Shown here piece by piece: positions 11,339 to 24,468 of a stretch of DNA of 64,000 nucleotides (within the stretch, counting starts at the first letter, position 1; the number at the start of each line of letters is the position of its first letter). The position numbers and the translations under genes were made by a program. This DNA comes from Lytechinus pictus (lineage: Eukaryota): NCBI RefSeq assembly GCF_037042905.1, contig NC_087247.1, forward strand, positions 67,456,001-67,520,000, given 5' to 3'. The notes below the pieces were generated by a model. It had not been told where the DNA came from, did no database searches, and was given only the letters and a program-made list of their open reading frames with translations.

Positions 11339-13041
11339 TACCCCTCACAAACTGGCCTCTTCATTTTTCCACTGCGAACTTCTCTGGCACGCATTCTTCA
11401 CTTCCACGGCAAAGAAAAAAATGTACCCTTTCGCACTGACATCTCTAGGGACAGTGATTTTCTGCGATCTCGTAAAACGGACGGAATTCACGGAAAGGGC
11501 CTTTTGAGACGGAAAGAGGCATTTCAAACGGAAAATCACGGAAAACATTTTTCCTCAAAATACACATAACAGCAACAGAAATTACACAAGATCTTAACAA
11601 AATATGAATATTAAATGGCCACAAAACCCCAGAAAACACGATCTCAATTCGCTACAATTCACACATCATGACTGCACTCAAGTTCATCACACTCGATCGA
11701 ACCCCTCACCGCCCGTACCCTGCGCCGGCCCTGGCGGGGTTGTATTGGGCTTATCGAAAACATTCACATGCACACATTTGATTTAAAAAACACGGTCGTG
11801 TGTTGCTGCCCTCTACATTCGAAGATGTAACAGCACAATATTGGCTTCTTGAAATCCAAAATGGCAGATAGGCGAAACTCGTTGACTGCTGAAAACGATG
11901 TCCAAAAAAGCCCATAATCATCGATGAAATTTCATTTTACCCTAAAATAATGCTAATAATTCGAAAGGTGAGGATGTATTTATGTTAAATGTGTTTGTCA
12001 AATATTTTGTGTACCCGCATAGATCCGATTAGAACGGATTCTATTGCGTTGCTGGTACAGTGGCAGATACAAATTTTGACCAGCGCGAGTGTTGTGATAT
12101 TGCTATTCAATGGGTAAACAGAATTCTCTTTTTTTATGTACACAAAGTCTATGGGGAAACGGAATTTCCGTTTTCTGACATGCTGAAACGGAATTTGAGA
12201 TTTTCTGAAACGGAAAAGGCAATTTTTTTTAAACGGAAAATCACTGTCCCTACATCTCTTCCCGGCGAAAGTCGACAGGTGATTTGCTCGGGCGGAAGTA
12301 AGTGCAGACCCGGTGTCAATGAAAGCGCACGCTTTTTTAATTTGAATTTCAATCGTACTCTTTCCTTATTAATTGCATGTACCTAATTAATTTTATCAGT
12401 GAAGTTTTTGAGATGACGGCTTGTAAACACTTCTCAGCTGTTGCTGCTGATCAGCTCACTCGGCACGTGCATGCAGAATTAGAACGAACGAAAAGAAAAT
12501 TGTTAACATCGCTTCTTACCGATTACATAAAGGTGTAAACAAATAAATTACAAGATATTCTAGAAATATTAGAAGCAAAGTAAAAAAGAATCAGAGTATT
12601 TTAATATTTTAAGCGCATTTTCAGCATGTACAATAGTGCTTTTATAATAAATATCGTTCGTGGTAAAAACTGTATGTTCAAGGGTATTTAACTCTCTCGA
12701 ATGATCGAATCGCTCATAAAGCGTGGCCTTCTACATTAAGCCACGGAAAAAAAGCTAGCTACCGCGCGGCATCTCAGTTCAGGGGATTTCGGGGAGAAAA
12801 AGAATGACCTCTGACGTCATTAAAGAGGAGAAGTTCTCCGGTTAGCTTTCATACTGGCTGTTTCACCGGGGAAACAGTTTCACCGGCAAAGTTCTCTACC
12901 TCTAGAGGTGGAGAAGTTTGCCAGGGAAGTTCTCCTGTCACCTGTGTACCTTTCATACTGGACATTTTCCCCTTCGCTGGCGAACTTGGCCGGCGAAGTT
13001 CACCGGGGAAAAGCACAGTATGAAAGGGTATGAAAGGGGTA
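11339..13041 (+). mobile_element. PIF/Harbinger-like non-autonomous element (copy A1), interrupted by a nested insertion
   Basis: TAA|tacccct...aggggta|TAA. Apart from the insertion it is the reverse complement of 15903-16799. Confidence 0.88.
11447..12251. mobile_element. Nested non-autonomous DNA transposon (hAT-like)
   Basis: TIRs agggacagtgatttt / aaaatcactgtccct, flanked by duplicated acatctct. The empty site is visible in the sister copy near 16692. Subterminal acggaa repeats. Confidence 0.88.
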
Positions 13042-13708
13042 TAAGTAAACGTGATGTCTATGTGGCAAAATATTTGTATTGTATTGCTCAGAATGGAATG
13101 TATACCGGAATTATTCCAGGAGTTATGGAATTAAGCACTATCAAAGATTTGCACTACATTTGACCTAACAAGTAGGATGTTTCTGGTATCCCATGAAGCA
13201 AAGTCTTCTAATGTTAGTTTTATCTTTAATTCTCATTATAATTTCTGCAGATATTGGCACATTGTGCAATACGTTCTGATATTGCACGGTGCACCAGCAA
13301 ATCATGCAGACTAAAATAAAAGCTTTAGATACACTGCTGAAAGGCCCTATATAGATAATAATTTATAGTAATAAAAAGAATGTGAACATATTGGAAAATA
13401 TTGTGTGAATAATTTGAAGGAATAAAGACTAAGGGAAAGGTAGTGGATTTATGCCAATTCAAAAAATCTGGTTTTAATGATAATTGAAAATGCATTTGTT
13501 TGTAATTCCGTTAAGCGGTAATTTCTTTTTGAAGGTGGTAAAGTGATTATTCCAAGAAGTTCATCTAAATCAAGGTAGAAAAAAGATTAAGGCCAAGTAG
13601 AAGGAAAGAAAATGCTAATTGACTGTGATTAGTAACAGCTGCTTTCTAAACTTGACTGCTGAAGAGATCAAAGTCATTCAATTGAAAATTCATTGAGAAA
13701 GTTTTTAA

Positions 13709-14313
13709 AGGACAAGTCCACCCCAACAAAACTTTGTTTTGAATAAAAAGATAAAAATCCAGCAAGCATAACACTGAAAATTTCATCAAAATTGGTTGCA
13801 AAATAAGAAAGTTATGACATTTTAAATTTTCTATTAATTTCACTAAACGGTTATTTGCACATCCTGGTTGGTATCCAAATGAGGAGACTGATGGCGTCAT
13901 CCACTCACTTTTTCTTTTGTATTTCATTATATGGAATATGAAACAATTCTAGTTTTTTCCTCATTGTCAAGTGAAATAAAAATTAATTCCTTCCTGAACA
14001 TGTGGAATTAACAACGTTTTAATACTACATGGTTCAGTCTAGTTGATCCTTATTGTCAAATTTGTAAAAAATGAAATATTGTTTAATTCAAACAATAAAA
14101 AACAAAGAAATAGTGAGTGAGGGACATCAATGACTGTCTCATTTGCATGTCACTGAGTTGTTTATATAACTGTTATGTGAAAAATAAGCAAAACTTTAAA
14201 ATGTCTATAACTTCTTTATTTCACAACCGATTTTGATGAAATTTTCAGGGTTGTGCTAGTTTGATTTTTCTCTTTCTATTCAAATCAACATTTTTCTGGG
14301 GTGGACTTGACCT
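13709..14313 (+). mobile_element. TTAA-flanked (Kolobok-like) MITE, copy B1
   Basis: TTAA|aggacaagtccacccca ... tggggtggacttgacct|ttga, with long imperfect TIRs. Confidence 0.85.
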
Positions 14314-14482
14314 TTGAGAAGTGGATGTATTCCTAAGTGCTGCTGGGTACCAAAGGTTCCTTGTTTGAATGCTTATTGTTGTTGAATACTTGTAACTTTC
14401 CATACCATTAATGTAGAAGGTACAGCTCTAAAAAAAAAAAAAGAATCAATTTTTTTTTTACATTTTTTTTCCAGTTGCTTAA

Positions 14483-15084
14483 AGGTCAAGTCCATCTCAG
14501 AAAATGTAGATTTGAATAAATAGAGAAAAATCAAACTAACATAACGCTGAAAATTTCATCAAAATCAGATGTAAAATAAGAAAGTTATGACACTTTAAAG
14601 TTTCGCTTATTTTTCACAAAACAGTGATATGCACAATTCAGTGACATGCAAATGAGGCAGTCGATGATGTCCCTCACTCACTATTTCTTTTGTTTTTTAT
14701 TGTTTGAATTATATAATATTTCATTTTTTACAGATTTGACAATAAGGACAAACTTGACTGAACCATATAATATTAAACAATGCTAATTGCACGTGTTCAG
14801 GGAGGAATTAATCTTTGTTTCACTTGACAACCGGGAGAAAATTAGAATATTTCATATTTCACATAATAAAATACAAAAGAAATAGTGAGTGGATGAATTC
14901 ATCAGTCTGCTCATTTGCATACCGGCAAGGATGTGCATATAACTATTTTGTGAAATTAAGCGAAACTTTAAAATGTCATAACTTTCTTATTTTACATCCG
15001 ATTTTGATGAAATTTTCAGTGTTATGTTTGTTGGATTTTTGTCTTTTTATTCAAATCAACTTTTTTTGGGGGTGGACTTGTCCT
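14483..15084 (-). mobile_element. TTAA-flanked MITE, copy B2, inverted relative to B1
   Basis: TTAA|aggtcaagtcca ... ggtggacttgtcct|TTAA. The interior is the reverse complement of 13709-14313. Confidence 0.87.
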
Positions 15085-15902
15085 TTAAATAAAAAATGTG
15101 AAAATGTTTGTCCCTGTCAATTTTAATGTTTGAATCATACTTTTAATTGAATTGAACATCAAATCTAAAATTACTTTTCACAAATATCAAAAATTTGGAA
15201 AAAGGATGTGAATATGTTTCTTTACCACTGAACACCAAATTTTGACAATTTTTTTAAAAGTCCTTCTGAGTTGAAAAGAGCCCTCATAAGTTGCTGTTTG
15301 AATTCAATACATTATGTACTTGGAATGGAAAAAAATCACCCCCATAACAGAAAATGTAATTATATTCCTAGCCTTAAACGATTTCCTTCTTCAAAAGTTC
15401 ATATCTGATATTGTTTGATCTTTAAATAGTTTTTGGTGGATACTAGATATTAGTCTACCAAGGCAGGTAAAGTAATCATGTGATATTGGTTGTGGGTCTC
15501 ATTGTCCAGTCACAATCCTTGTATGACAAATACATTCTATTCTACCTAAGATTGGGAGGGGGGGTGGAGAACAAAAATAACATATAGACCTATCCATTTG
15601 TTTCTCCCTAATTTTGGGTGAAGATTGGCTTTTGTTTGAAAAATTGATGTTTTTTTTTAAAGTAATTGCACATTTATTCAAAATCAAGTTTTATTATTTT
15701 ATGTCTGGAATAGCATTGTAACAAATATTGTGTGATTGTGATGGTGGTAGACTTTCCTTATTGATAATTTAATCAGTAAGGTAACTTTGAAAACATAAAA
15801 CTTTCCAAGCTTTTCAGTCATTTCCTACAATTCAAATGTTAAAGCTACCAATATATTGGTCAGAATATCTTGATCCAAAGGAACAAGTTATGAGGAGACT
15901 TA

Positions 15903-16799
15903 TACCCCTTTCATACTGTGCTTTTCCCCGGTGAACTTCACCGAAGTTTGCCAGCGAAGGGGAAAGTGTCCAGTATGAAAGGTACACAGGAGAACTTCGC
16001 CGGTGAACTTCGCCAGCGAACTTTTCCACCTCGAGAGGTGGAGAATTTCCCTGGTGAAACTGTTTCCCCGGCAAAGTTCACCGGTGAAACGGCCAGTATA
16101 TATGAAAGCTAACCGGAGAACTTCTCCTCTTTAACGATGTCAGAGGTCATTTTTTTTCCTCCCCAAAATCCCCTTTACCGAGATTCCGTGCGCTAGCTAG
16201 CTGTTATTTCCGTGGCTAAATTATGGAAAGCCACGCTTTATGAGCGATTCAATCATTCCATAGAGTTGAATACCCTCAAAGATACCGTTTGTTTTTTTCA
16301 CGTAAGATATTTGTTATAAAAGCGTTATTTTACATGCTGAAAATGCGCTTAAAATATCAAAATACATTGATTCTACTTTGTTTTGCTCTTAATATTTTCA
16401 AAATATGTTATAATTTAGATTTTTTTACACCTTTTTTTAATCGGTAAGAAGCAATGTTTACAATTTTCTTTTCGTTCGTTCTAATTCTGCATGCACGTGC
16501 CGAGTGAGCTGATCAGCAGCAGCTGAGAAGTGTTTACAAGCCGTCATCTCAAAAACTTCACTGATAAAATTAATTAGGTACATGCAATTAATAAGGAGAG
16601 AGTACGACCAAAATTCAAATTAAAAAGCGTGTGCTTTCATTGAAACCAGTTACTTTTGCCCGAGCAAATTACCCGTCTACTTTCGCCGGGGAAGAGATGT
16701 CAGTGCGAAAGGGTACATTTTTTCTTCACCGGGGAAGTGAGGAATGTGTGCCGTAGAATTTCGCATGGGAAAAATGAAGGGGCCAGTTTGAAAGGGGTA
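15903..16799 (-). mobile_element. PIF/Harbinger-like element, copy A2 (uninterrupted)
   Basis: TTA|tacccctttca ... tgaaaggggta|TTA. Confidence 0.88.
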
Positions 16800-18230
16800 T
16801 TATATGCTTACTAATTGTATCTCATACTTGTATCACATACTTGTAGCTCATATTTCATTTAAAATTATCTCCAAGATACCTGTTAAAAAACAGTACATAC
16901 ATGAAGGTGTGGATTTTGATGATGATGCTGTGTAAAATCTGGTGCTTTGTTGAACCTGTACAACCAGCTGATGTGTAACATTCCTGATAAGCATTTGTCA
17001 AGTGACTCATGCTGACTTGAAGAGAAACACATTCCAATTGTTAAGAGAGTACAATGCCCCTAACCTGACTGATTAGTCGCCATATTTATTAATGCCATCA
17101 GAGACCTGGCTACATCTCAAATTAGTCTATGTCTCCTCCCCCATCCTTCCCTACAGTACAAGCCTGGCAACAAGGAGTAGCACCTCTCAGTCTGCTATTA
17201 ACTAAAACTTTCTGTTTTATCATTAGCGATTGTCATTTGTTATATGTTGATATTTATTCTTATGTTTAATTAGTTTTTAAAGGTCCCTCAAATATTTTGG
17301 TAGATTGAGTAGCAAAATCTACCTTGGTTTTATGTTGAAAGGTCTGAGTTAGTGATCTAGGTCTCCAGCCAAATAATGTCACTCTCTCTCTCATTTAGGC
17401 TATGAACCAGCAACTTGAGAGCAATCAGTTAGTCCCCAGCTGTTCTTCCCCCATCTTAGTGTTGATTAGTTATCTAATTGATGCTGTAATTAGGCTATGA
17501 CCATAGCCAGCCAATGACTTTTCCCTTCATAGTAGGTAATGAATAAGTGAGTGATGTTAGAAGCTGGATATGCTATTGCTAGTGGGTTAGGTGACCACGG
17601 ATATGTAGATGGATGGAATTCAGTACGAGTCAGTCAATGGCATATATAGGCTATACTCCTCTATCCTTCACACAGACTTCACCTACAAACACCATCACTT
17701 AAATACCCACCACCCTCATTTCCAATGATATTAGAAGAATGTTCATTAACTAGTGATCGTGGTGTGTTTTATATCTATAAACAAGACAGTTCCTTTGATA
17801 TAGACCGTTCACACCCTGTTATAATATATCCATCTCCTATTCTAACATTTGCAATTTTTCACGAGGGAATAATATGCTATGATCATTTAAATATATGCTG
17901 TTATATTATAACCAATTCGAATTTCATTTGGGGGGAGTATCATTTAAAAATGTAATCAATATGATGATAATGATGACAAATTTGTTTTATTATATTCCCT
18001 AACATGATCTTTTTAAAAAACATTTTGGAGCAGAAGTAGAAAGCATTTGGAAAGGTGTTCCAAAACAAATTTTAATTTTTAGGAAATGGAAATGCAGCAG
18101 CGCGCTCTTTGTTGTTGCTATACCAGTATATATATGGCAGGGGGAGGGGTATAATTATTTGTGACTGTTAATATAAATTTTCAAGTTTTCAGAGACATCA
18201 AACCTTTTTATTTATATTTTTATTATTCAG

Positions 18231-18301
18231 CATGGCAACAAAGGACAGCAGATCCTCAGACCTCACCGGGACCATACAGCCAGAGTCATTTACATTCATT
18301 G
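18231..18301 (+). CDS. TCF12: E-protein exon (A)WQQRTADPQTSPGPYSQSHLHSL
   Basis: ttattcag| acceptor and |gtaagt donor, 71 nt, phase 1-0. Ends in LHSL, as the homologous TCF4/TCF12 exon does. Confidence 0.9.
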
Positions 18302-20463
18302 GTAAGTTGATTGTTGTATCCATGTTTAACCCTCTGAGAGAGTATGGGGTTTGATTTATCATTAATAAAAAGGTGCATCTTGACTTGCTTGAGCTTTTGA
18401 AATGACCTGCTATTTCTCCTATAAAGAAGCCTGTTCAATGAGCTAGCTTGTTAGTCTCCTTAACATTTAAGTAAACGGGATCCTTGACACATTGGATTTC
18501 TCTTTAAAAGAATTATTGAAAATTTCAAGCTGTTTATGATGGGACTTCATCAAAAGCAGTTTATCATTCACATGGCATGTGCACTACCCACCAGTCAATC
18601 CTGGGATAAATATCACACAAGATTTGCGTTTGTTTTTAAAGCAGAGTTCGGGCTCAAGACTATATCAGGCTATTCTTTAAGTTCCATTTAGAGTCAAACA
18701 TTGGTCAAGTTGGTCATTAGCATTTGACATTGATAGAAGATCCAGGTCTTGTTGTTTTCTTTCTTGTCATTTAGCTTAGCCTTGGAGCAAGTGATCAGGC
18801 CCACTTACTAGAGAGGGTTAATCTTAATTCCAATAGGGGGAAACTGATGAGTTCAAAGGCAACCATACAATTTCTTGAATTAACATGTAAAACATTCAAG
18901 TCACTTTGTTTTGTATCCGTTGGTGAAATGTTGATGGAAATTTTCAGAATATTTGTATCTTATTGTTTATCCTACTTAATACTTAAGAATACGATTGAAA
19001 TTGTCAACCATGGGTTAATACTTGATGTAAATGGAATTCTAATTAGCAATAGTAAATGGTTATGGAATTGTGATGAAATAAGGTCCAATGGATTGTTTCT
19101 TCTACAGACACGTTCCAATTCTTTGGATTCAAGGCATTCAGAACCGATAATTCAGAACTTGTATGGTGGGCCTAAGCAGATTGTCAAGGTTGGTTCTTCA
19201 AAACACAACTCACACACAAATTATGCTCTAAACTTTATCCTGTTCCATGAAGTTAGGTTTCCCTTAAATATCTTTTCATGACTTACGCTGGCAGTAGAAA
19301 ATATCAAGTATCATTTCTTTTTTAATTCTCTCTCTCTCTCTCTTTGTGCATTGGAAAGTGTAATGCCAATGGCTAGGTCAGGTGTACTAAAAGCAATGGC
19401 AGGGATACCATGAGCAATCTCCTAAGTCAATTCTTGAAACTGCCTTTGAAATTCATTCAATCCTTATATGCTCTTAGAACAAACATTCTAATCCCTGTTG
19501 TTTTTAGGGGGGGGGAGGTGGTAAACTTCTTTCAATGGAAGTGCTGCTTAAATTAACTTCACTTCTCTCAATTGTTAAACACTACTTTGAGTGGTTTGTA
19601 GACTAACAGAAAATATTTTGTTCAAAGAGAAGATTGATTTTGAAATTTGTGTTCAGTTTTTTTACGTATTCATTGTAGGAATCCCAATATTTATCATACC
19701 TGAAAGTGAATAATAATAACTTACTAATATAAATAGAACGACTTGCCCATTGATATGTAGTATTCAAATAGGCCTATAGGCCTATCACATTAAATGAAAA
19801 CACACCATGAGTAATTGTATAAGTAAAACAATATTTGCAGAATTTTTACACCAAGAATTGGTTCTCAAAAGTGTATAATGGGATTGATGACTCACCTCCC
19901 TACCTTTTTTTTAAGGGAAGGGGGGGGGGGGAATATGGGAAGGGAATTTTTCTTCTGGAGGGTAAAGGCATGAGCGCCCCATGATATGCACATTTTCCAA
20001 AGCTGAAATGAGATTTGTCTGTCACCTTCAAATGAATTACACAAATTGACTCACTCTCGAATCCCAACGAATTGAGAAATTTGGTGATTTGACTGATTTC
20101 CTCTGAAATTAGAGAGATAGAGCAAGTTGAGAGGAGGAAAGAGGACTAGGATGTATCTGAGTTGAAAGTCTGAATTGGGGTTGGTTGGTTCTAACCCTCT
20201 CCCTCCCATGGGGTAAAGCTTAGATATCATCACCCATAAACACATGGTATCTCAAAGCAAAGGGACACACCACTAACTGCTTTGCATCATTCACAGACAC
20301 CTTCATTTCCCCTTCAATCCAACTAAACCTTTCAACTTTCTCTTCTTAAGATCACCTTTATTTATACCATTTTTTGTACCACTAACTGGCTGCCTACATG
20401 ATTTCCTCATATTAGCAAGTTTGATTATTTCCTCTTTGAACATCAGTTGAAGTATGTGTAGAC

Positions 20464-20750
20464 CAGGGCCCGTCTTACAAAGAGTTACACAAAGAGTTAC
20501 GATTGATCCAATCAATCTTAACTCTATGGAAATCCATCAGTGTCATAATTTTTTTACAGGAAATTTGCACAATGTCCTTTGTAAACAAAGAAGAACACAC
20601 CAAATTGTCAAGAAATCAATGAATTTATGGATAAACATTCACATCTAGAATTTTTTTTGAACAAACATGCATTTAACATGTTGACTTTGCTGGCTTTTCC
20701 TAGTTGCGATTGATCAGATCAATTGCAACTCTTTGTAAGACGGGCCCCTG
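20464..20750. mobile_element. Short TIR element (MITE)
   Basis: cagggcccgtcttacaaagagtt / aactctttgtaagacgggcccctg TIRs. No clear target-site duplication. Confidence 0.75.
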
Positions 20751-23143
20751 TAGGCTATATGTCTGAAAGCTTATATTGTAGCAATTATTGTCAATTTTGG
20801 TTTTTGTTTTTAAGGTTTGTAAGTTGGAAAACAGGGTCATTCATTCACTCACTCATTTTTTTAGGTCTCTACAAGTCTCAATAATATCTTTTTGCTACTG
20901 ATTTTTTCACACACCCACATTTACACATGCTAAAATGACCATGACGAAAATAAATAGCCCTATAACATAGGTGATTTTAGTTTCTATATTTACAGTTATC
21001 CATGCATGTTTGATTTGTAGAATAGATATTTCAATATTGGTTGGTAATTGTACTATATCCATTTGTGGTTTTATGACCCTAGCCAGAATTAACTTGTTTG
21101 TTTAGAGGATCAGTTTAAGTAATGCCTGTGAACAGGGATTGGTCACTATTGCAAACATTGACCTAAATATGAATGTTTGAGTAAAATAGAATGTGATATG
21201 GAATGGGTTTGATATTAGGGTGAGGTTCTTCTATCATGTCATTGTTCAGACCTAGGGGATACATGTAAGAAGCTTCGGATATGAATTCATCTGACACGGT
21301 AATTACATAGCACCATCTTGGACCAATTTACCAAACCTATGGGACAATCTCTGCTTACCCGCTTCCTCTTCCGATTTGCCGTATTATTAGAAACTCACGG
21401 ATCACGGACTTGAAATTATTTGGATGTGCCCATAGCGGACTACTGTCCTACATGACAAGGCCAATCTTGGATTGTGCTCCTTTGATGAGTAAATATCTCT
21501 CCTCCCCTCCCTGTGCTCCTTTCTCCTGTCTGACATTTCCAACTTGGCTACACTAGTTAGTATCAGGCAATTAAAGCATTCACCAAAATCACTTCTGATT
21601 TCTGATGTGGGCTTGATGCTACTTGGAAATAGAAATTTCTCTAGCTAACAATAGTCTGTGTCTCTTGACTCTGTTCCGAGTATATCTGATGCAACTCGAT
21701 GGGTTCGTTCGAGTGATTAAACTTGAACTTGGTGAAGTCGTCTCCTACTGTGTAGAGTGACATTGGAAGTAAATTCAGATCAGGCAAATTCACAGGCTAT
21801 GTGTCAACTTCTTAGCACTTACTAAATAACTAGACCCCGGCTTGGTGGTTGCGCTAGTTCTTGAGTCACTTTTCTCTTAGATCATTCAGTTATTCTGCTA
21901 CTTTGAAAGCAACACCTGCAAGTCTAGAAAATCTCTTAATGCTAACCTCACCAAGGATTTTGAGGACAGTATTTACCTTGTTTATCAAAGATCTCTCAGC
22001 AGTAACAATTCCTGTATATTTTTCTGTTCATGGTTGTGGATACCAACATTTTTCTAACAAGGTATAGAATTTTCCTTGCATTATGTATTGTCTTCCTGAT
22101 GCCAGATCTTACAGAATGTACTACACAGGGGTAAGTTGAACATCAATAGTATTTAGCTACTCTTCCATCAGTGCTACAGTCAGTATTCTGCAATTTCATT
22201 CTGTTTTTCTTCTTTTCTAATTTCAGAGGCATTTTTATTTCATGATTTTATTTTGTTTTACAGTACATTAGGTTTGTTCAGTGTGTGCTGAAATTTGAAT
22301 TTATTTTTATTTTTAATTGATATAAGGTATGGAATATAACAAATTCTGTGCTTGGTTGATTAAGTCTTACAATTGACTGATAATTGGTCAGCTTGGTCGT
22401 GTTTCAGTTCTCCAGTATGGTTTGTCCTCTCCCAAGTAAGATTTTTCTCATCCCTCAATTCTGATGCATCTAGCTTTACCCCTCCAGTTGTTTTTCCACC
22501 TGCTGACCCCTTGCGACCCCGTGAAAACAACCTACCAACCACCCCTCTCTATCTTGAGTGGAGGGAATATACCCTATCGGCTTGCCTTAGAGCTAGGCAT
22601 GTAGGGAGTCCACTCGAGCCCAAAGGTGTACAAGTGGGTTGAGAAGGACTCTTTATATGCCATATCACACAAAGATCAACACTGAAGAAGATTTTTTTTA
22701 CTAAGATTTGGGATAAAAATTTCAAATTTTGTTGTAAATTATACATTAATATGAATATTTTGGTTACATTATAGTTGGAAATAACTACCATATGTGAATG
22801 ACCTAGGCCTACATATTTATGTAAACGGAGGTCCTAAATACTATTGATTTGGAGGATATTGACCACCTCACTGTGCTAGTAGGTGGTTCTTATGACATCT
22901 ACACTTGTAGAAAGTAAATCACATTTACATCCAACTTCATTCACAACATCAAGTCCATTGGGAAATTTTGTTTGATATCCAAACCTAGTTATGAGAAGAT
23001 TTATTATCCTCTCAGGAGGCACCATTTTCAGATGGGTGTTGTTGACGAAAGCTTGTGTAATGTAATCCTCTATTGAAAAATAAAATCTAGTAAGCATGAG
23101 GGAAATAGTTCCATACCTCTATGAGATATAAAAGCTTTATAGA

Positions 23144-23914
23144 TCTTTAATATTAATATCAATAAAGTGATAACAAATCAAGAATATTACAGAAAGATGT
23201 GATACAATTTATACATTCAATTCAATTTAATATATCAGCAATTTTAAAAGTATACCAGTACTACCTATAATACACTCATAATACAGCTTTAGAAACGGAT
23301 TTTAATAGAACAATATTACCTCTGGGGAAATCTCTTATTTCCCTGTTGAAGATCCCTTTTTGGGTAAAACTGAACAGAATACATTATCAAGAATCAAATT
23401 CATGTTCTTTTGAGATGGTTAGGAAATGGAAGTCTGAAAATAATGGAACAAGCCTTTTACTAGCCAACTGAATCTAACACTAACGAGTTTCAACTAAAAG
23501 CTCTTTTGTAGCATTAATATTTATCTTGGGTGGGATCAGACAAGAAATCACACCTTTATTGATAACCAGTTATGAATATTCAATGAAACTTGCAATATTG
23601 CAGGTTTGAATCTAACACATAATTGTCAAAACCTATTAAAGCTCTAATCTAGTAAACTTGACTCTTGATAATGTATTCTGTTCAGTTTTACCAAAAAAAG
23701 GGAAATCTTCAACAGGGAAATAAGAGATTTCCCCAGAGGTAATATTGTTCTATTAAAATCTGTTTCTAAAGCTGTATTATGAGTGTATTATAGGTAGTGC
23801 TGGTATACTTTTAAAATTGCTGATGTATTAAATTGAATTGAATGTATAAATTGTGTCACATCTTTCTGTAATATTCTTGATTTGTTATCACTTTATTGAT
23901 ATCAATATTAAAGA
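23144..23914. repeat. Inverted repeat with ~250-bp arms (23144-23397 and 23658-23914) and a ~260-bp spacer
   Basis: Arms are reverse complements with few mismatches, e.g. gggtaaaactgaacagaatacattatcaaga / tcttgataatgtattctgttcagttttacc. Confidence 0.92.
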
Positions 23915-24220
23915 GCGTTGTGGCCCAGTGGATTAGTCTCCGGACTTTGAAACAGAGGGTCGTGGGTTCAAATCCCAGCCATGGCGTAATTTCCTTCGGC
24001 AAGAAATTTATCCACATTGTGCTGCACTCAACCCAGGTGAGGTGAATGGGTACCTGACAGGAATTTATTCCTTGAAATGCGTGTGCGCTGTAATCTTAGT
24101 AATTACGGCTGCCAAGCTACAGCTGGGGTAATAATATCCAAGTCCTTTGGAAGTGCATAGAGACATTATTCATAATTGTGATATGCGCTATACTAGAACT
24201 GTTAATTATTAATATTATTA
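23913..24220 (+). mobile_element. tRNA-derived SINE
   Basis: A box tggcccagtgg (23921), B box ggttcaaatcc (23965), tRNA-like head with a ctttgaa loop, body with tgcactcaacccaggtg..aatgggtacc, and an (ATT)n-like tail. Confidence 0.9.
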
Positions 24221-24258
24221 TCTAGTAAACTTTCAATATTTATTTGATTACTTTACAG

Positions 24259-24468
24259 CAAACGCGCATGGAGGAGAGGTTAGATGATGCAATCAACGTG
24301 TTACAAAAGCATGCCCAGAGTTCTGTCGATTTGGGTCTCCCGGTGGGACCAATGGGTAGTAGTGGGGGTCTTATGCCTGGTGCTACATCTCATTCTGGTT
24401 CAGGACCTATGGGGGCTAACATCTCATCATATGCAGGACATACAGGACAGTATCTAGACTCACACATG
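24259..24468 (+). CDS. TCF12: E-protein exon with the activation domain 2 core, QTRMEERLDDAINVLQKHAQ...DSHM
   Basis: tttacag| acceptor and ATG|gtaagt donor, 210 nt, phase 0-0. Contains an RLDDAI(H/N)VL motif typical of E-proteins. Confidence 0.95.

Noticed and set aside
18847-19281. 144-aa intronic ORF
   Set aside because: AT-rich composition, no recognisable domain and no fitting splice sites; consistent with chance.
23913-23990. Functional tRNA-Gln(TTG) gene
   Set aside because: The acceptor stem pairs poorly and the sequence continues into a SINE body and tail bounded by a target-site duplication.
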